Origin: Methanotrichaceae archaeon
GTDB lineage: Archaea > Halobacteriota > Methanosarcinia > Methanotrichales > Methanotrichaceae
DNA: 64,000 nucleotides
Assembly (NCBI GenBank): GCA_963803145.1
Contig: CAWDLW010000017.1
Coordinates: 1-64,000, forward strand
Reading direction: 5' to 3'
The notes beneath the pieces were generated by a model. It made no database searches, was not told where the DNA came from, and worked only from the letters and a program-made list of their open reading frames with translations. Positions 7,995-19,913 of the stretch are shown one piece after another (position 1 is the first letter of the stretch; every line of letters starts with the position of its first letter). Position numbers and translations under genes: made by a program.

Positions 7995-8700
7995 ATAGAA
8001 GGCATCAACAAGATTTAATAAGCAAGACCCGAAAATTTATCGATTTTTGGAGAGACTTCCCATCAAAGAATGATCTATTAGCGGAACCTGGGGATGTTAT
8101 TAGCAGGGAGGATAAAGTGAATTTTGATAAATTTGTTGAAATCATTGTATAAAAAAGGCAAGGATAAGCATCTTTCGGGATCAACAATCAAATCTGAATG
8201 CATAACTTATTTAGATGACATCATAAATAGCAAAAACTATACAGATGATTATATTGGCAGAGAATTGAAATCTCTAATAAAGAGATTGGAGGATAAAGTG
8301 CATCAGCGGATAGTTATATTTCCAATAGATAATTTAGTCTTGCCCAATTGTAAAGTCGATTTAGGATCTGGCGAATTAGTGCCATCTAGTCAGATTGAGA
8401 ATGAATTTGGGGAAAAAATGCATGAAACTGCTGTGTTGGATATGTCCAACACACCCGTAAGCATAAGGCCATTCGTAGGAAGGACGGAAAATAACTAAAA
8501 ATCGATATCAAGAGATGAAAATCTCGTTAAAGTTATTCAACACAGCACATGAAACTGAACTAAACGGTCCAACAGTCACTACTTTGAAAAAGACAATAAA
8601 AGAAAGTATTACGGATAGGGCGTGTTTGAAGCTTGAAGTAATTGCTGAAGAACAGAACAAATATAAAGAAGCTTGGATTGAATATGATAATATCATTCCT
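7995..8700 (+). pseudogene. Fragment of a low-GC gene of unknown function, cut by IS5, a MITE and IS630
   Basis: Removing the MITE joins ...EKMHET to ELNGPTVTTLKK in frame. Confidence 0.55.
8429..8547. mobile_element. 119-bp MITE with IS5-type ends
   Basis: TGCTGTGTTG...CAACACAGCA; 8-bp duplication CATGAAAC at 8421-8428 and 8548-8555. Confidence 0.88.
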
Positions 8701-8702
8701 CC

Positions 8703-9676
8703 CTTGATAAATTATATAAAAAAGAGACTGATCTAAGGATTAAGGAACGGTTATTGGCAATAATACATTTATATGAAGGGAAAAACGTATATGAGGTAGC
8801 TGATATTTTAAAAAGGGGCGAGAGGACAATAAAATATTGGTTAAGCAGATGGAATAATCAAGGCTATAATGGATTGACACCAAAGAATAGAAATGGCAAA
8901 AAGCCAAAGATGTCTCTTGATGAATGGGATAGAGTTATTAAAGAAATTGAAGACAAAGGAATGACGATAAAAGACGTATTAAAATATGTAAGGGATACAA
9001 GAGGTATAGATTTTTCATATAAATATGGCTGGCGAATTTTAAGAGTAGTGAAAAAAGTTAAGTATGGGAAACCATACATCAGAAATGAAAAGAGGCCTGC
9101 AGATGCAGAAAGTTTTTTAAAAAAGGATAAAATCAGTGCTGACCACTGTTACTGATCCTGTTATAGGATTTCTTGATGAAAGCTCTTTACAACAGCGCCC
9201 TAATACACGTAGAGTCTTAAACACTCATTTAATAAATTATAAACCTGGAAAGGTTAGATCAAGAACTATTTTTGGATTTATAGCATTAAATGGCAATGAT
9301 GAGGTTATGGTTTCCAACTCCTCTAAGAAGGAAGCGTTGATGGCATTTGCTCAAAATATAAGAAATAATAATATTATGAGGCCAATTTGTATACTTTTAG
9401 ATAATGCTAGAATTCATTTGGCCAAGAAATTTAGAAAACTAGCTGAGGAAATCGATATTCACTTAATTTATAATATCCCCTATTCACCAGATTTGAATCC
9501 TATAGAATTCGGTTGGAAGGATTTCAAAAGAGAGATCGCCAAATACACTGATTTCGATGAAGCTATTATAGCTAGCCAAGATTGCGCTTTAGAAATATTT
9601 TATTCCAAAAAGGATGGATATTCAAAGTCCTGGGTGGAGCGATTTCTTAGTGCAAAAAGCTAGGAGATTAACTATA
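8703..9676 (+). mobile_element. IS630-family element, 5'-truncated; OrfA (HTH, to 9155) and OrfB (DDE, 9136-9663)
   Basis: FLDES, LDNARIH, PYSPDLNPIE motifs; slippery TTTTTTAAAAAAG at 9113-9125; no start codon before LDKLYKKETDLRIKERL. Confidence 0.88.
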
Positions 9677-10067
9677 ATACACCTAATAATCCGAGGTTTT
9701 TCTTCATGTTGGTTCACCTTTCTCTGAATATCACATATAATAAAGTTAAAATGCGTATACTACTATCATATTTAATGGTTTCCATCAGTTACACCGTCGC
9801 GTTTTGTGGTCAATGGAGTTGGGAAACGCTATCCCTAGCCATATTCCTTCGACGCCTTAATATGCGACAGATCCCCCTGCTTTGGGTTGCTTATGCAACT
9901 TGCTGAAAATGATACCTTACCAGGAGCTTACAAATAGTAGATAAATGCATTATTAATTCTAGTATTTTTGAGGTTGAAAATAAATCCACCACGAAGTGAA
10001 GCCCTCAAAGGAGATGGATTCAGCCCTTATACTCTAGCTCCTTGGCCTTGTCGCTGGTTGCATCTGT

Positions 10068-11275
10068 TTATGTTGTACGACCCAATGCCTTGAGTGCAGC
10101 TTCCGCCGCCGATCGGACTTGCTTATTCTCATCCTTTAAAGCTTGAGTCAATGGCTCTATTGCTCTGGCATCTCTGATCTCACCGAGAACAAATACAGCA
10201 TTTCCTCGTACATAGCTATTATTATCCTTGAGAGCCAGGATCAGTGGTTCTAAAGCTCGTTTATCTTTGATCTCACCTAGAGCCAATGCAGCACTGCCTC
10301 GTACATAGCTATCATTATCTTTGAGAGCTAGGATCAGTGGCTCTATAGCTCTGGTATCATTGATAAAACCGAGGTAACTATTCAGCCTACCCTAATCAGC
10401 ATCTATAGTTGCATTCTTCGAAATTTCACATAGGTACTCTGCTGAACCTGTCTTTTGGATATGAAGCCGATAGATATTGATTTCCATTTTGCTTGGTGCT
10501 ATGACGGGATTAATCTCACTTCTCAAAACCACTATCATACGACCGTCCTAGGGAGGCTGAATAGTTACAAACCGAGAACAAATACAGCATTTCCTCGTAC
10601 ATAGCTATTATTATCCTTGAGAGCTAGGATCAGTGGTTCTAAAGCTCGTTTATCTTTGATCTCACCGAGAGCCAATGCAGCACTGCCTCGTACATAGCTA
10701 TCATTATCCTTGAGAGCTAGGATCAGTGGCTCTATAGCTCTGGTATCATTGATCTTTCCGAGAGCATATACAGCATCTTCTCGTACATAGCTATCATTAT
10801 CATTGAGAGCCAGGATCAGTGGTTCTACAGCTCGGGTATCATTGATCTCACCGAGAGCCAATACAGCACCTTCCCGTACTTGGCTACCATTATCATTAAG
10901 AGCCTGGATCAGTGGTTCTACAGCTCGGGTATCATTGATCTCACCGAGAGCCAATGCAGCACTTTCTCGTACATAGCTATCACTATCCTTGAGAGCCAGG
11001 ATCAGTGGTTCTACAGCTCTGATATCATTGATCTTACCGAGAGCCAATGCAGCATCTTCTCGTACTTGGCTATCATTATCCTTGAGAGCCTGGATCAGTG
11101 GTTCTACAGCTCGCTTATCTTTGATCTCGCCTAGTGATTCTGCGGCATCCGCTCGAATCGTGCTATTGTCATTCTTGAGATCTTTGATTAGCGAGTCTAC
11201 ATCTTTCGTCTGTTGCCCTAAAGCCGGTGCAGCCAGCACCATACCAAGTAGCAGGATAAACAATAATCTCTTCAA
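10068..11275 (-). pseudogene. Secreted HEAT-repeat protein interrupted by a MITE
   Basis: 93-bp tandem repeats; removing 203 bp (MITE plus one TSD) restores a 334-aa frame; paralogue of 4635. Confidence 0.88.
10374..10568. mobile_element. 195-bp MITE
   Basis: Perfect 15-bp IRs GTAACTATTCAGCCT / AGGCTGAATAGTTAC; 8-bp duplication AAACCGAG at 10366-10373 and 10569-10576. Confidence 0.92.
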
Positions 11276-11307
11276 GGATTACAGGCCCCTTGAGAATAGA
11301 CTGATGT

Positions 11308-11323
11308 TTATTCATATGAATAA
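11308..11323. promoter_or_regulatory. Perfect 16-bp palindrome TTATTCATATGAATAA upstream of the HEAT gene
   Basis: About 35-50 bp upstream of the start; degenerate version upstream of 4635. Confidence 0.4.
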
Positions 11324-11681
11324 TCGTTATGTTCATATTGGCCCCGATACTCATTGGGGTGTGTTCTGAAGTACATGCAGTGATCTCACCCCTTGCAAGG
11401 TAACCTAATAAAGCTTGAAACTTCTGAATATAATGGTAGTCAGAAATTACATACTATTACGGGGAAGATATTCTATGAAGCAATGGTGCATAGTCTCAAT
11501 CCCCGCATGATCACTTAGAAACCTCAATAGCCCAGATCCAAAATAATATGGCTCACAAATGGCCATAGCGAACTCCGAGGTAGTATCAGAGAAATCTTAT
11601 GTGCCAGCGTATCAGTAGTGGTATAAATAATATCTCAACCGAGACAGTCATTAACGCAATTACTGGAGCACATAAAAAGAA

Positions 11682-14213
11682 ATGAGAAGATTACCCGAAC
11701 TCCTCGCACCAGCAGGATCGCCTGATGCTTTGTTGGCTGCTGTAGCTGCCGGAGCCGATGCCGTATACCTAGGCGGCATTAGATTTGGTGCAAGAAAATT
11801 CGCCCAGAACTTCGATGAGTCGGAGCTAGAGAAGGCCATAGACTATGCTCACCTCCATAGAGTTAAGGTGTATATCACAGTGAACACTCTGATCAGGGAT
11901 AGCGAGCTTTCTGATGCCGCAAGATACCTTGTCAAGCTCTACGAGATTGGCGCTGATGCAGTTCTTGTTCAGGACATAGGCCTGGCAGCTCTGGCCCGAA
12001 CGCTGGTTCCCGACCTCGACATTCATGCATCGACGCAGACGACTATCCACAACAGCCAAGGCGCTGCCTGGGCAGCAAAGCTTGGAATGAAGCGCGTTGT
12101 CCTTGCGAGGGAGGTTTCCGTCAACGAGATCAAAAAGATGGCAAAGGAAGCGAAAGTTGGGCTGGAGGTTTTCGTCCATGGCGCCCTATGCTACTGCTAC
12201 TCAGGTCAGTGCCTCCTCTCTTCGGCTATTGGCGGCAGGAGCGGGAACAGAGGGATGTGCGCCCAGCCATGCAGGAAGCCCTATGTGCTCCTAAGAGGCG
12301 ATAAGGATCTGTATGGCCGTCCCGCAAATCTATTGGCCGCTGATATAAAGGATCGTTTTCTGCTCTCAACCCGCGACTTATCGGCCTACAGCAACCTGGA
12401 TAAGGTCGTGAACTCGCCTATTGAGTCCCTCAAAATCGAAGGCAGGATGAAATCGCCTGAGTATGTGGCCATAGTGACTGATATTTATCGCAAGGCTTTA
12501 GACAAGATAGCCGAAGGGACCTGGTCTCCCTCAAAACAGGATATGTCGGATCTTGCATTGGCATTCAATCGCGATTTTACAGGGGGCCACCTTTTGGGAT
12601 CGAAGGATATCATGGGACGCACGATGTCAGATAATCGAGGGCTTCTCATAGGCACTACGGTCTCATACGACTCTCAGCATGGCGAGGCCTCAACGAGGCT
12701 CCTGACATCCCTTATACCCGAACAGGGTGATGGGCTTGTCTTCATGGCTCCAGGCCAGGAGCTGGGAATGGTTGTGCATAAGCCCATCTTAAGGGATGGG
12801 CTACTCAAGCTCAAGACACCTGATAGGGTAAGGCCTGGAGCTAAGGTCTACCTAACAAGCAGCAATGCCATCTCAAGAAGAGCTAAAGATATAATCACCC
12901 GTCCTGCGATGCAGAGTTCTACGGTGCAGAGTTCTACGGTGCAGATTCCCATCGATCTCAGCATCGCCTGGGACGACGGCGTGCCTGTAGTCTGCGTTGA
13001 TGGGCCGGAGGAAATTGGACGCATTGAGTTCAGGGCGGATTTCAGGATGGATCCGGCGCTGAATAGGCCCCTGACATCCGAACAGATCGAGGCTCAGCTT
13101 CGCAAGACCGGAGGCACCCCATTCCTCATACGGAAACTTGAGATGAAATATCCTGGTGGGCTTTTTGCTCCCCTAAGTGCCCTTAACAAGCTTAGGCGCG
13201 ATATTCTGGCGAAGGTCGAGGCTGCTCTGCTAAGCGCCAAACGGCCTTCACCTGAGAGAGTAGAGGCCGCAAGGGAGAGGTTAGTAGGTATGGATTTGGC
13301 TCCTGTAAGGCGGCCATCGAGCAGAGTTCCATCTCTGGCAGCCTATACAGATAGCCTTGATGCCGTTAAGTCCGCTGCAGAAAGCGGATGCAGGCGAATC
13401 TATTTTGAGCCACACCTTGATAGAGGATACAGCAATAAAGACTACGCGGAAAGTGTTCTTGATCTTTTGAAAGAGGCGAAGGAACTATGTGCCGACGCAC
13501 GACTCATCTGGAAGTTGCCAAGGATTACCAAGGACGGCTATCTTAAGATCGCTGTGCCGCTTATATCTCAATCCAACGTAAGTGGAGTTATGGTCGAGGG
13601 AGTTGGCGCAGCTGAATCAGTCCTTTCTGGAGTGCCAGAGATGCCTATATCTGGCTCGATGAGCCTGAATATCTGGAACCATCTGACGGTATGGCAGCTA
13701 TCTCAGTTCGAGCGGCTGACACTGTCGCCTGAGCTTTCTTACGAACAACTATCTGAGATTGTGGCCGGAGCACGTTTAATGAAAATCCCAGATCTGGAAC
13801 TGATAGTCCAGGGCAGCCTGGAAGTGATGGTAACCGAGGACTGCCTGCCCTGCCTTGCTCAGGGCAAAGCCCAGTTCTGGGGCCTTCAGGATTTCAAGAG
13901 AATATTTCCACTTCGCATAGACGATGAATCCAAGACGCATATCTTCAACTCAGTTGAGACATGCCTCATAGATTATATGCCGAAGATATTTGAGATCGGC
14001 CTTGACGGCATTGCAGTTGATGCCCGAGGAAGAACTGGAAGATATGCAAAAGAAATGACTGAGCTGTACATCAGGGCTATTGAGCTGACTGAAAAAGGAG
14101 GAGCATCTCTTGGAAATGACCTTGAGAGCCTGAAGGAGGAGGCCAGGCAGAGATCTTTGGGCGGCATAACATCGGGACATTTCCTTAAGGGCTTGAAGGA
14201 AGAGTTATCGTAA
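11682..14213 (+). CDS. Peptidase U32 family protein with DUF3656 (RlhA-like RNA hydroxylase)
   Basis: PELLAPAGS, HGALCYCYSGQC, NRGMCAQPCR, KIEGRMK motifs. Confidence 0.9.
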   Translation: MRRLPELLAPAGSPDALLAAVAAGADAVYLGGIRFGARKFAQNFDESELEKAIDYAHLHRVKVYITVNTLIRDSELSDAARYLVKLYEIGADAVLVQDIGLAALARTLVPDLDIHASTQTTIHNSQGAAWAAKLGMKRVVLAREVSVNEIKKMAKEAKVGLEVFVHGALCYCYSGQCLLSSAIGGRSGNRGMCAQPCRKPYVLLRGDKDLYGRPANLLAADIKDRFLLSTRDLSAYSNLDKVVNSPIESLKIEGRMKSPEYVAIVTDIYRKALDKIAEGTWSPSKQDMSDLALAFNRDFTGGHLLGSKDIMGRTMSDNRGLLIGTTVSYDSQHGEASTRLLTSLIPEQGDGLVFMAPGQELGMVVHKPILRDGLLKLKTPDRVRPGAKVYLTSSNAISRRAKDIITRPAMQSSTVQSSTVQIPIDLSIAWDDGVPVVCVDGPEEIGRIEFRADFRMDPALNRPLTSEQIEAQLRKTGGTPFLIRKLEMKYPGGLFAPLSALNKLRRDILAKVEAALLSAKRPSPERVEAARERLVGMDLAPVRRPSSRVPSLAAYTDSLDAVKSAAESGCRRIYFEPHLDRGYSNKDYAESVLDLLKEAKELCADARLIWKLPRITKDGYLKIAVPLISQSNVSGVMVEGVGAAESVLSGVPEMPISGSMSLNIWNHLTVWQLSQFERLTLSPELSYEQLSEIVAGARLMKIPDLELIVQGSLEVMVTEDCLPCLAQGKAQFWGLQDFKRIFPLRIDDESKTHIFNSVETCLIDYMPKIFEIGLDGIAVDARGRTGRYAKEMTELYIRAIELTEKGGASLGNDLESLKEEARQRSLGGITSGHFLKGLKEELS

Positions 14214-14264
14214 AAAAATACTGAATCAATCAAACAATCAAAACCAAATCGACCGAAATTGAAG

Positions 14265-15167
14265 TCAGACCTCAATTCCCAGCCGTTCCGCTGTAAGAAG
14301 ATAGAAGCTTGCAAGGCCCCTCCAGCCTCTCCAGGCCTCGGCAATCCTTCGAGCCTCGACGCCAGTTATCATCTTATCGCCGCAATAATAATGGGATATG
14401 CATCTTCTTATGCCTAGATCATCTGCAGGTATGGCATCCAGCCTGGCCATGCCTCTGACCATGGTAAGCTCGGCAGTCCATCTGCCCACCCCTCTTATCT
14501 TGCTAAGCTCTTCAATTATGCTGCTATCATCGTAATCTCGAAGGCTTTCTAGATCAAGGCCTTTTACTACGAGATTGGCAGAATCCCAAACATATTCTGC
14601 CTTCCTCATGCTCAGGCCGCAGTTTCTGAGCTCCCCCACCGTTGCTTCAGCCAGAGCATCTGGCCTAGGAAAAGCGTAGTAAGCCTTGTCATTTATCCTC
14701 AAAACATCTCCGAAGGTCTCTATCACCCTTCTCTGCAGACTCCATGCCGCCTTCAAAGATATCTGCTGCTCTATAATGGAGTCGATAAGTGCCTCGAAGA
14801 TGGTTTGTGTTGCCGGGCTGCGGAGACCTCTGAGGCGGCTAGTCAGTGCAGACATCACCCTATCACCCTTCACAGCCTCGTAAAAAGGCAGGAGGTTAAG
14901 ATTTAGGTTGAATAGCCTGCGAACTATTTCCTCGGCCTCCTCTACCTCATCACCCGAGAATTCATCAGGCACCAATTCAACCGACAGCTCAGGCGCATCA
15001 ATCGATCCTAAGGAACGCAAAGTGACAAGAGCTAATCGCTCACCGAGCCTTATAACCTGCCAAAATACACCTGCTTCGTACCTGCGAAACCGCGCATCGC
15101 CATCAGAGAATATTCTGGCGCTGAGGTCGAGGTCAAAAGGAGGTACGGGCTTGATCTTCAATTCCAT
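14265..15167 (-). CDS. alkA: DNA-3-methyladenine glycosylase II (HhH-GPD)
   Basis: IIEQQIS, LSKIRGVGRWTA, PADDLG motifs. Confidence 0.9.
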   Translation of the reverse strand: MELKIKPVPPFDLDLSARIFSDGDARFRRYEAGVFWQVIRLGERLALVTLRSLGSIDAPELSVELVPDEFSGDEVEEAEEIVRRLFNLNLNLLPFYEAVKGDRVMSALTSRLRGLRSPATQTIFEALIDSIIEQQISLKAAWSLQRRVIETFGDVLRINDKAYYAFPRPDALAEATVGELRNCGLSMRKAEYVWDSANLVVKGLDLESLRDYDDSSIIEELSKIRGVGRWTAELTMVRGMARLDAIPADDLGIRRCISHYYCGDKMITGVEARRIAEAWRGWRGLASFYLLTAERLGIEV

Positions 15168-15223
15168 ATTGCCATTATAACTATTACATATTAGTTATTA
15201 TCTACTATCCATTAGCTGGCCGC

Positions 15224-15460
15224 TTATCCCTTTCCCGAGATGTATGCGCAGTAGCCGTAGCTGATAGGCCCAGTCTTTGTGGTTTCACACGGAAAATCTG
15301 GGCACTTAAAGCATAGCTCCACGCCTTTATTGAAGGCGCAGGTGGCTATTTTGCACATCTTGTTCTCCTTGGGCCTACAGCCCTCATCTCCATTGGGACA
15401 TCTCCCCTGCACCATGCGAGGGCAGGCCTCGCAGGCAATGCCGCATACTCCTATCTTCAT
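15224..15460 (-). CDS. Small Cys-rich protein (DUF3795-like)
   Basis: CGIACEACP...CKIATCA...CFKCPDFPC. Confidence 0.8.
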   Translation of the reverse strand: MKIGVCGIACEACPRMVQGRCPNGDEGCRPKENKMCKIATCAFNKGVELCFKCPDFPCETTKTGPISYGYCAYISGKG

Positions 15461-15710
15461 TTCCTATCGCCTTGGTGGTCTCATGCCTTATCCGTATAAA
15501 GACAATTTGATCAGTTCTGCTCCCGTTATACTATCATAATAAATAGTAAGTGATGCATTATGATACTACATACGCGGCTATCGAAAGCGATAAAGCCCAA
15601 ATCATCGGTATCAGGGCAATCGCTAGTTTAGTTTGGGTGGATGGCTCGTGATAAACAAGGGCGATAAATGATAACAGTTAGTTAGGGATTCTGAGATAAC
15701 CACCATTATT

Positions 15711-16184
15711 ATGGGAGGGCATATGACAGATAGGTCTGATCAAAAGATACCGATATATTTCGCAGATACCGGCAAAGCAGATCGGGTGGACAAGATAGTT
15801 AAAACAGATGATGAGTGGAAGAAGATTCTAACTCCCGAGCAATTTAGGGTCGCAAGAAAGAAGGGGACAGAGCCTGCATTCACAGGAGAGTACCATGATT
15901 TTCATGGAGATGGTATCTACAAGTGCGTTTGCTGTGACACAGATCTGTTTGATTCCAGGGCGAAGTTCGAATCGGGAACCGGCTGGCCAAGCTTCTGGGA
16001 GCCTATATCTGAACAGAACATAAGGACTCATGAGGACAGAAGCCTCTTCATGATCAGAACTGAAGTGCTCTGCGCTAGATGTGACGCACACCTCGGACAT
16101 GTCTTCGATGATGGTCCGCCGCCTACATATAAGCGCTACTGCATGAACTCGGCGGCTCTGAAGTTTGCGGATAGAAGGAAATGA
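15711..16184 (+). CDS. msrB: Peptide-methionine (R)-sulfoxide reductase
   Basis: [23 protein letters not shown] motifs. Confidence 0.96.
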   Translation: MGGHMTDRSDQKIPIYFADTGKADRVDKIVKTDDEWKKILTPEQFRVARKKGTEPAFTGEYHDFHGDGIYKCVCCDTDLFDSRAKFESGTGWPSFWEPISEQNIRTHEDRSLFMIRTEVLCARCDAHLGHVFDDGPPPTYKRYCMNSAALKFADRRK

Positions 16185-16352
16185 AATCATATTTTTGGAG
16201 TCAAGCGGCGGTGCACCCACTGCAAGCAGTAGGGCATGCAACGCGCCGCTGGGTTAAGCTATAGATGGTTAACTAGTCTCTCCCTAAGTTGGATAACGAA
16301 TGCTCTTTATCTCACCCGCAGCAGCCTGTTAGACATTAAGTACAAAATCTGT

Positions 16353-16607
16353 TTATTCTATTTTTGTTTTATCTACCTCAGAAAGGGATATTTCCAGGCC
16401 TTTAAGCAGTTCATTCATCAGTGGAGCGACCTTATCTTTAAATTCGGGATGTTTATCAACAAGCATATCTATAGTTATTATAGTACCGATCATACTCATA
16501 CTGGAATTTAACTCCGAGAGTTCATTGCTTATATTTCCTAGTTCTTCTAAGATCTCTATAAGAGTTTCATTCAGGTCCTCAATTTGGGTTTCTTTTGATC
16601 TTGTCAT
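16353..16607 (-). CDS. Hypothetical acidic coiled-coil protein
   Basis: 84-aa ORF with protein-like composition. Confidence 0.55.
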   Translation of the reverse strand: MTRSKETQIEDLNETLIEILEELGNISNELSELNSSMSMIGTIITIDMLVDKHPEFKDKVAPLMNELLKGLEISLSEVDKTKIE

Positions 16608-16769
16608 GATTCTTAATTTCAGCTGACCTATTTAGGAGTTACGCAGTTGATTCAGAAGATGTTCTCCCTCGATAGATATGATGACTATGCGCTTATCATA
16701 AACCACTGACGGTTTTTATTGAAATGGCAATATCTAATTCAACTGTGTAACTTCTGCTTTTTAAAGTTA

Positions 16770-17072
16770 TTAGATAGTATAGTCCACAACAACTCTGTTC
16801 TCACATGCCTTGCCAACGAAATCCACAACCTTCAGATGCGCGGGGTGCTTCTGGTAGCTGTAAAGATCCTCCTTGGTATCGAACTTAGAGTATAGGACGA
16901 GGTCATATGCAACATTAGAATTGATTGAGTTGATCCCCACCTCGAAGAACTTGATTTCATCGATGATCTTCTCCAGCGCTTCAAGCTTCGACTTTAGCCT
17001 CTGGATATTCTCGACCTTGCTTGCTCCCTCCGCAGAATCCTTAAGTTTGAACATGACTATATGCTTGATCAC
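16770..17072 (-). CDS. Dabb-family stress-responsive A/B barrel protein
   Basis: IKHIVMFKLK...YQKHPAH..V...VVDY; GTG start after GGAGGG. Confidence 0.88.
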   Translation of the reverse strand: MIKHIVMFKLKDSAEGASKVENIQRLKSKLEALEKIIDEIKFFEVGINSINSNVAYDLVLYSKFDTKEDLYSYQKHPAHLKVVDFVGKACENRVVVDYTI

Positions 17073-17289
17073 ACTGCATCCCTCCCGAGTGCCAGTAATG
17101 CAAATCAGTGATGTGAAACCAATAATACAAGAGGTTAATAATATTTTGCCCATCAGGAACAACGATTTAACGATTTTACAGTATTCCTTTCTGAACAGAA
17201 TCGCATCAGCACGAACTCATCCGTAGCAGATACATGCAAAAGACTCTAAAGAGGGAGGCTACTTAGACCTACCCATGCATATTTCATGC

Positions 17290-19110
17290 CTATCTCGCAC
17301 CGCCTCCGCCTCCGCCGAACCCTCCTCCACCGCCAAATCCACCGCCTCCGCCAAAACCGCCGCCAGATCCACTTGTTGGAGGCGCTGTAATGCCGTAAAC
17401 ATGTCCAAAGTATATCGGCATGTAGCCGATCGCATGTGCCTCAGGAATCCTTATGTTCAGGCGCTCCATAGCCTCAGCGACCTTCTTGCCTACACCAAGG
17501 GCAGTTCCATAAACCAGCCATTCCTTCCAGATGCTTAGGTCTTCGGGCGTATACTTTTGGATCATGGCGAAATCTGAGAGAAAGCGCCTGAAGGCATCCC
17601 ACTCAAGCTTCTCCTTGTAGTAATCGGCTTTCCATCTGCCGAACAAGGCCGTTGGTGCAAATACAGGCGGCAGAGATTCTATGAATATTACTATCGATGC
17701 CAAGAGCCCTGAGAGAAGCATGGGATACACATTTCCCAAATTAAGATAAAGGGCCAATATTGCTATTACTATTAATAGGATCAGTCCTGCGAGTCCTGCT
17801 GCTTTCGGCCTGCCGCTCGAGACAAACTCGTTTGATACCGATTTATCTGCTGCCCTCATAAGATCATCCATCTCTTCGCGGATGGCGCTCAGGCCATACC
17901 TATCCATCCTCGAAGAATCCCTGAGAGATTTTACAGTCTCTTCGAAGACATTCGCATCAAAGATGCCATTAGAGGAGTGATCGCTTAGGAACCTCAGGAC
18001 CTTGTGCTCATAGGTGTCATCGGTCTCATTAGGCTTCAGCAGCCTTATCCTCAACCCGCCCTCGGAATCGATATCAATTATTCCTCTTCTTTGAAGATCG
18101 AGAAGAGTTGCAAAAAACCCGTTCTGGTCGAAGTTAAAGGCATCGCCCTCGAATACAAGGTTGACAACCCATGGCTTTCTCTTGTTCGGCACGTAAGCGA
18201 GAGACTTCGGAACTGTGAATGATCTCTCACGGCCAAATCTGTAGTAGATCAATATGATCAAAAATGGAAATAGCAGCATAGCTGCCATTAAGGCACTTGT
18301 TAGCGATGAGATAATCCCGTAATTTCTTGAGTAAGCGGAGTTAGCAGAGAGCGTTTTGCCCTCGACATCCGAAACAGTGCTTGGAAATCCCTGCAGGGTA
18401 TTCGATACCTCTGGCTTCAGAAGCATCTCGACCTCAAGAAGAGCATTCTCAGGGCTTTCGCCTGTTATGACCCACGCATCTTCCTCCTTTTTGAGATCCA
18501 TTGGTGGATGAGAAAATATCTGAGCTATATTGCCAGCTGGGTCATGGATAGCTATAGCCACATGCTTGTAAGGCAGGTGCTCGCTTGCAAACTGGAGATT
18601 CAAATGGCAGTAGTTCGCATCGCATTCAAGGGGAGGATGAAGTATGAATGAGTAATCTATCTCATAGCTGCCGGAATCAAAGAAATCCGGCTTGTAGCAG
18701 CCTATCTCGTTTGGCAGCGCTAAGGATGTGATATCAGACACATATTTTGAGGGTGATCCTGGCATGTATGAGGATCGGAAAGTTCGGACAGATCCCTGCC
18801 AATCCTTTGCATAGGGTATTGTCCAGGCTGGTGGGGAAACATCTATCAATTCCACATAAGGCTGGCTGAGCACATCAAATGACAACGGCACCATCCAATT
18901 CCTGTAAAGCATTCTATATTTGCCGGAATCACTGATGTTGTAGACGAACTTCTCCTGTAGTGAGCCGTTCAGGTAGAAATCCGCCCGATACTCATCTACG
19001 AATATAGCGCCGCCAATGCCAGACCGGCCTATCAGCATAAAGCCAACTAGGCCGATGATAAATGCAATGGCTACCAATACCGCAAGCTGCTGCCGCTCAC
19101 TCAATCCCAT
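17290..19110 (-). CDS. DUF2207 membrane protein
   Basis: [23 protein letters not shown] and Gly-rich GGGGGAR tail; follows lemA. Confidence 0.9.
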   Translation of the reverse strand: MGLSERQQLAVLVAIAFIIGLVGFMLIGRSGIGGAIFVDEYRADFYLNGSLQEKFVYNISDSGKYRMLYRNWMVPLSFDVLSQPYVELIDVSPPAWTIPYAKDWQGSVRTFRSSYMPGSPSKYVSDITSLALPNEIGCYKPDFFDSGSYEIDYSFILHPPLECDANYCHLNLQFASEHLPYKHVAIAIHDPAGNIAQIFSHPPMDLKKEEDAWVITGESPENALLEVEMLLKPEVSNTLQGFPSTVSDVEGKTLSANSAYSRNYGIISSLTSALMAAMLLFPFLIILIYYRFGRERSFTVPKSLAYVPNKRKPWVVNLVFEGDAFNFDQNGFFATLLDLQRRGIIDIDSEGGLRIRLLKPNETDDTYEHKVLRFLSDHSSNGIFDANVFEETVKSLRDSSRMDRYGLSAIREEMDDLMRAADKSVSNEFVSSGRPKAAGLAGLILLIVIAILALYLNLGNVYPMLLSGLLASIVIFIESLPPVFAPTALFGRWKADYYKEKLEWDAFRRFLSDFAMIQKYTPEDLSIWKEWLVYGTALGVGKKVAEAMERLNIRIPEAHAIGYMPIYFGHVYGITAPPTSGSGGGFGGGGGFGGGGGFGGGGGGAR

Positions 19111-19697
19111 TTCACCTCTGGACGTCGAGGCTCAAAGTCTTCAGAGATTGTATAGCCTCTGCGCCTGAGTTCGTCCTCCTCGAAGTTGAGATACTCAAGC
19201 TTCCTCATGCCTGCCGAGGAGGCCACGAATCGAGAAGGAACCGTATCAAGCATTGTGTTGAACTCCTGGACTATGTTGTTGTAGGTATATCTATGCCTGG
19301 ATATCTCATCTTCAACATCGCGGATTGCGTTCATAGTAGTAGTAACAGCTTCAGAGGTCTTCAGCTGAGGATAGTTCTCCGCTACCGCCAGGATGTTTCC
19401 AACCAATCCTTTGCTCGCCCCGTTTATTTTGGCGAGCTCATCGGGGCTAGCACTTCCGAGGCTTGTCCTCATGCTCGTGATCTTTTCTAGGGTATCTCGC
19501 TCGAAATGGGCATAGCTTTTTGCTGAGTCCACCAGCTGCTCTATCATATCAAGCCGCTTCTTCATAGCGACTCTGATCTGAGAGAGAGTGGCCTCTGCGC
19601 CATTCCTCAGGCTCTGGAGGCGGTTGTAAACGACGATGAAATAAAGAATGATGATGAGCAGTACAGCCAGAGGAGCGAAGAGGATCAGAGATGCCAT
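19101..19697 (-). CDS. lemA: LemA family protein
   Basis: N-terminal [25 protein letters not shown]. Confidence 0.93.
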   Translation of the reverse strand: MASLILFAPLAVLLIIILYFIVVYNRLQSLRNGAEATLSQIRVAMKKRLDMIEQLVDSAKSYAHFERDTLEKITSMRTSLGSASPDELAKINGASKGLVGNILAVAENYPQLKTSEAVTTTMNAIRDVEDEISRHRYTYNNIVQEFNTMLDTVPSRFVASSAGMRKLEYLNFEEDELRRRGYTISEDFEPRRPEVKWD

Positions 19698-19913
19698 AGA
19701 CCTTAGCTTGGTTTACAGCTTTAAATATTTGATCGGAGGTAAGGCTATCTGAGCACAATCTTGCTTCTGATAAATGTATCGTACATTTAACAAAGATCAC
19801 CTTATGGAAAGTGCTGGATAAATCAACAGGTTACACATAGTATATTTACAGAAAAAGCGCTCCGAAACCCTTTTCTCTTGAAATACCTCAATGGTCTACT
19901 TGTGAGATTGACC

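Noticed and set aside
10068-11275. HEAT repeats as a diversity-generating retroelement template/variable pair
   Set aside because: No reverse transcriptase, and differences are not adenine-specific; these are ordinary coding repeats.
12911-12944. 15-bp tandem duplication in the U32 gene
   Set aside because: In-frame slippage in a linker (QSSTV twice); no wider significance evident.
17290-17370. CCGCC-rich repeat
   Set aside because: Encodes the normal Gly-rich tail of DUF2207.
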